Positions 59,496 through 64,000 of a stretch of DNA of 64,000 nucleotides are shown piece by piece. The stretch's first letter is position 1, and each line of letters opens with the position of its first letter. Source of the DNA: Eledone cirrhosa (Eukaryota); assembly GCA_964016885.1 (NCBI GenBank), contig OZ024745.1, positions 44,826,001-44,890,000 of the forward strand. The letters run 5' to 3'. The translations under genes and the position numbers were made by a program. Below the pieces are notes generated by a model. It saw only the letters and a program-made list of their open reading frames with translations. It did no database searches and had not been told where the DNA came from.

Positions 59496-60159
59496 CAGAC
59501 TAAATCTGTCACATGGTTTATAACCACCATTTGGTCATTGGGAGCTTTTGGTGGGCTACACTCTGGTTTAGGTATTCTGACAAGGTCTCTAGTATGAGAG
59601 TAACTCCCCCCTCCCCATTACTAGTCTAGGTAGACCTGCAAAAAGTTAGGGTTGCTGCCCTCTCTCATCTAAGTCAGAAAAAATAGAAAGAAATAAAAAA
59701 CAACATAAACAAAATCAACAAAAGCATAAAACAGAAAACAAGAATTATATGGAAGTAAAAGTAGCTTTAAAATGGAGCTAAGGTTTGCTGTCATAACATT
59801 TGAGATCAAAGAATGACTCAGTATGTTCTGAGGCCAATAATCAAAGGATGAATAAGTGTGTTCTGAGGCCATCATCATCATTTTACATTTATTTTCCGCC
59901 CTGGCATGGGTTGGATGGGTTGTCACAATTTGAGACCAGTAGGGTCCGAACAACTTCATCTTGTTTATACTTTCCATATTTAGCATGTTTTCTACTTGGT
60001 GCATTTTTAGTGGCATCGGCACTCCTAGTTTCCAGAGTGGAATGGGTGCACTTTATCATGGCACCAATATCAAAACTTTATAGGGTGTACTGGGTGCATT
60101 TTACCAAGATACCAACACTAGAGAAGTTGTCAGATGGTTGGCCAGATTGAAGAATCTTC

Positions 60160-60620
60160 TTAACCCCTACTGTGGCCACCAACACTCCAGTCTTTCATGA
60201 TGTTTACTTTTAGTATCACAGTACTGGTGAATTTTTTTGTGTTACCAGCCACAATAGTGAGATCACAATTATTCATTTTTGAGATAGTCTTTAAGAAGAC
60301 CTCATAGAAGATGATCTTTAGTTCATCTACAAGACCTGCTTGCATGCAAAGGCAGAAATGATAGTCAGTTATATAGCTCAAGTCTAGTCTAAGCTTATTA
60401 TCCCGTATGTGATAAAATAACTACTTTAATTACCTTATCTACCAATTTCTCTGTCAGCAGTATGCCTATTCTACCCATAAAATCACTGTTACTTACCTAG
60501 AAGAACTTGTACCTATGTTTCTTGCTTATGAGAAGTCTGGCTGAGGTTCTTCCCCATCTTATGTCTTGCATGCTCTCAAGCATCTCAACAATTTCTCCGG
60601 ACATAGTGCTGTTGATATTT
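60160..60620 (-). pseudogene. Degenerate RTE apurinic-endonuclease fragment
   Basis: TMSGEIVEMLESMQDIRWGRTSARLL...RYKFF* and QAGLVDELKIIFYEVFLKTISK...TIVAGN resemble RTE APE motifs. Confidence 0.6.
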
Positions 60621-61126
60621 GCTGCTCAAAAATTTGGTCCTGATGGAGGCAACTGGATGGGTGGCTTGTATACCTTCAGTCACTGGAAAGAAGAGAACCT
60701 TTGTGATTATTTGGTAGCTGAAAAAGGACTCTTACTAATGGTCAGATGTTTCTGTTTAAAGACTATTGCCACCCTTAGTCAAATAAATAACTCATCTTGG
60801 CTAGAGATGAGGGAAGAAGAAAAAAGGGTGATGTTGATGATGAAGGTGGAAGCTAATTCCTTCTCAGAATATGAGTGAGAAGAAGTGTGGGTGGGCAGGA
60901 AGCACGAGGTGAAAAAAGAAAGCCTGTTGGCAACTAGCGATCTGCATAATTTGTAAATAGAGATGATATCTCCTTGAGTAGTGTATTACAATATAACACT
61001 TAATCGGCCATTACAAACATCTCCATTTGGTAACAGTCTAGGTTGGTTCTAAAAAGAGTAATATTGATTCTTCATTTGGTGCAAGACCTGTTGCTTTTAT
61101 AATAGACATCATTATAATCTGTAGAA

Positions 61127-61308
61127 GGCAGTGGATTGGCAGAGGTGTTAGTGTCAGACAAACGTGTAACAGTATTTGTTCAGGCTCTTTATTTTCTGAG
61201 TCTAAATTCCGCTGAGGCTGACTTTGCCTTTCATCCTTTCAGGGTCGATAAAATAAAGTACCAGTCAATTAATGGGGTTGATATAATTGACTCTTCCCAA
61301 ATTGCCAA
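61127..61308 (+). mobile_element. SINE family A, long variant
   Basis: GACTTTGCCTTTCATCCTTTCAGGGTCGATAAAATAAAGTACCAG. Confidence 0.75.
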
Positions 61309-61984
61309 GTTACAGAATATAAACATACTTAATTCACCCTACAAGGGTTGCATGCTGGTGACATGACAAAAAGCATCTAGTCCACCCTGTGTGGTGGTTG
61401 CACTAGTACCAGAATAAAAAAGCATCCACTTCACCCTGTCAATTGGTCCTTTTGGTATCACACTAAAAATGACCAAGTCCATGCATGCTGTGATGTGGTT
61501 GGCATAAGGAAGGGCATCCAATTGTAGAAACCAAACCAGAAACAGTTCTGTATGAGCAAGACATGGTCACCTGACCTGACTTGTCTTACAACGTGACAAC
61601 CTGTCTAACCCATGCAAGCATGGAAAATAGATATTAAACAGTGATTATGACCCCCCCCCCCCCCACACACACACTATTTATTGATATAGTTAAACCTGTA
61701 TAGCAAATCTGCCCTTGAAATAAAAAGCAGTGAAAAGTTCTCTTCTCTCCTGCCTGTTTGCTGACATTTCTCAACTTTTTTCTTCCATGCCATATTTAAA
61801 ACAATTTTATTGACATCCAATACTACAAGAAAGGAAATAAATCTCTCAAATATATTTTACACTTATCGTTTTTTTCTCTCTTTCTCTTTATTTCCTAGTC
61901 TTTCATTTTACCCTTTTTTTTTCACTTTACCCTACTCCTATATTTCACTTTACCTCCTCTTTCACTATTCCCCCCTCTTTCTAT

Positions 61985-62290
61985 CACTATATCTTCTCTG
62001 TCTTTCCCTATATCCTCTCTGTCTTTCCCTATATCCTCTCTGTCTTTCCCTATATCCTCTCTGTCTTTCCCTATATCCTCTCTGTCTTTCCCTATATCCT
62101 CTCTGTCTTTCCCTATATCCTCTCTGTCTTTCCCTATATCCTCTCTGTCTTTCCCTATATCCTCTCTGTCTTTCCCTATATCCTCTCTGTCTTTCCCTCT
62201 ATCCTCTCTGTCTTTCACTATATCCCTCTTTCTTTCTCTATATCCCTCTTTCTTTCCCTATATCCCTCTTTCTTTCCCTATACTCTCCTA
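61985..62290. repeat. 21-bp pyrimidine-rich minisatellite (~11 copies plus degenerate copies)
   Basis: Unit TCTTTCCCTATATCCTCTCTG. Confidence 0.93.
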
Positions 62291-62475
62291 TCTTTCACTA
62301 TATCCCCCTTCTCTTTCTCGCTACATATGCCCTCTCTCGTTCACTATATGCTTCTCTTATACAATATCCTTTATCATACTCTACAAACACTTTTCTCCTC
62401 CTCCTTATTTTTCTCTCTTCTCTCTATCTTATTTCCGTTTTTCACTTTTTTTCCTGAAGTTATAGCAGCATCATT

Positions 62476-62808
62476 AGATTGGCAGAATCGTTAGAGCGTC
62501 AGACGAAATTCTTTGCAGCAACTAGTTATGGCCCTTTACATTCTGAGTTCAAATCCCACTGAGGTCAACTTTGCTTTTCATCCTTACAAGGTCAATAAAA
62601 TAAACCACCAATAATGCACTGGGGTCGATTTAGTTGACTTTCCTTTTCCCTTCAAATTGCTGGCCTTGTGCCAAATGTGGACACAATCATTACAAACAAC
62701 ATCTCGCCGAGGTTGCCTTTGCCTTTCATCCTTACGAGGTCGATAAAATAAAGTACCAGTAATGCACTGGGTAATTGCTGGCCTTGTGCCAAAAGTAGAA
62801 ACAATTAT
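62476..62808 (+). mobile_element. Two tandem SINE family A copies (long variant, then truncated short variant)
   Basis: The body motif appears twice, at 62570 and 62718. Confidence 0.8.
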
Positions 62809-64000
62809 TCTATGTACTATTCATGCACCTTTGATGAGTTGTAGTGCATTATTATTATTTTAAGTAATTGAAATAAACTGAATGTGTTAATTTGTTTTCA
62901 TAGAAAATAAGAATTTCTATTAAAAGTTATTATTCAAACTTTTTATAATTAATTCTTAACACCCAGTAATGATTTATCTAGAAAATATCTAGAATGGGTT
63001 TAATTCAAATGTTTATTGTATCTTTACTAGTTGTATCTAGACTGTTGTGAAAATTTGCAGTAAATTATTGATGCAGTCATAAGGTCCAAATAACCTGATT
63101 GAGGGTGGGGTGGGGGCTTGTTCTCTGAAGACCTTCTGCTGTCCAGCTCTCCTGAGAGTTTCTTACCATTGTTTTATACTTGTCAAGAATCTTTTGCTAA
63201 TGCGGTTTCATGTAGGACAGAATGTTGAGTTAAAGTACATTTCCAGTGAATTGTCAGTCGGTGTCTAAGACAAAATATATAGCTCTCCACACTCTTTGAG
63301 GTCCATTCTGTATTTCATTCTTTTGTAGAACATTGGATAAGTTATCTTGTGGTTCCACTGTAGTCTATTTGGGTGGTAGACTTAATCCATTACCCAGTTT
63401 AACAACCATGTGGCAGTTGGGTGACTTTTGCAGAGTCCACTCTGTTGCAAGCATTTAGAGCAGGTCACCCGTTTGAGGATCCCTTCTTTGGTACTTGGAC
63501 CAGGTCTCCCATTTGAGGATATCTTCTTCCTTCTCTCCCACTTGTCCGTCAAAGAGAGTCATGAGTACTTCCCTAATCTCACTGAATAATCTGTTTAAAA
63601 AAAAATTGAATTTAAATATACCTAAGACATTTATGTTTAGTAAAACATGATGATTGTTTGAAAGAGAAAAAAAAATCTTTTTTTCAACTTTTAATTAATA
63701 CCAACTTTTAATTAATACCTTTCAGCTAAATTGATGTTGGATTTTCATATAGTAGGATTAATACAATTTTTTTATTTTGTTAATTCCCTTAAAAATACTC
63801 TCCTGCTGCCACCAGAAAAAAAAAATCACTTTCAATGTGCTGTCAGCATTATATTTGTAGTTAAAGTGGTGTCCTCCTATGTACATCAATGGCACCACTA
63901 GTTCATCAACGTTACTAGAGCTTAGTGGTAATACATTAAGGACATACACAACAGTTCGACACTTTAAACTTTAAACGAAAGTTTTACAAACTTTTTTCAC

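Noticed and set aside
60497-60941. Minus-strand coding exon with good splice-like signals
   Set aside because: All frames contain stops, and the 3' part is better explained as a degenerate RTE endonuclease.
61922-62218. (DREDIGK)n repeat protein
   Set aside because: It is the translation of a 21-bp minisatellite within a CT-rich tract, with no gene context.

Overview
Eukaryotic, AT-rich, repeat-dominated DNA. The SINE/LINE repertoire and the huge (TA)n/(TATG)n tracts suggest an octopod cephalopod (inference). No host protein-coding gene is supportable, and the long Y/I/M/C/H 'ORFs' are microsatellite translations. The window holds three satellites (49, 47 and 70 bp units), two RTE LINE copies with a PHD-type finger inside the RT domain, a non-autonomous RTE derivative in three rearranged states, four fragments of CRE-like RLE retrotransposons, tRNA-derived SINEs, MITEs and two Penelope-like (PLE) 3' fragments. 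The most notable signal is a set of hammerhead ribozymes (HHRs) read by eye in small elements that sit between (TA)n tracts: 32072-32138 (-), 48118-48162 (-), 48440-48484 (+) and 49081-49123 (+). One family has a compensated U3-A8 core and lies in a ~321-bp, retrozyme-like repeat unit. Four long palindromes at 46.7-48.3 kb turn around exactly within HHR stems, which suggests ribozyme-hairpin-primed fold-back during retrotransposition. All calls come from reading the sequence; no search or folding program was run.
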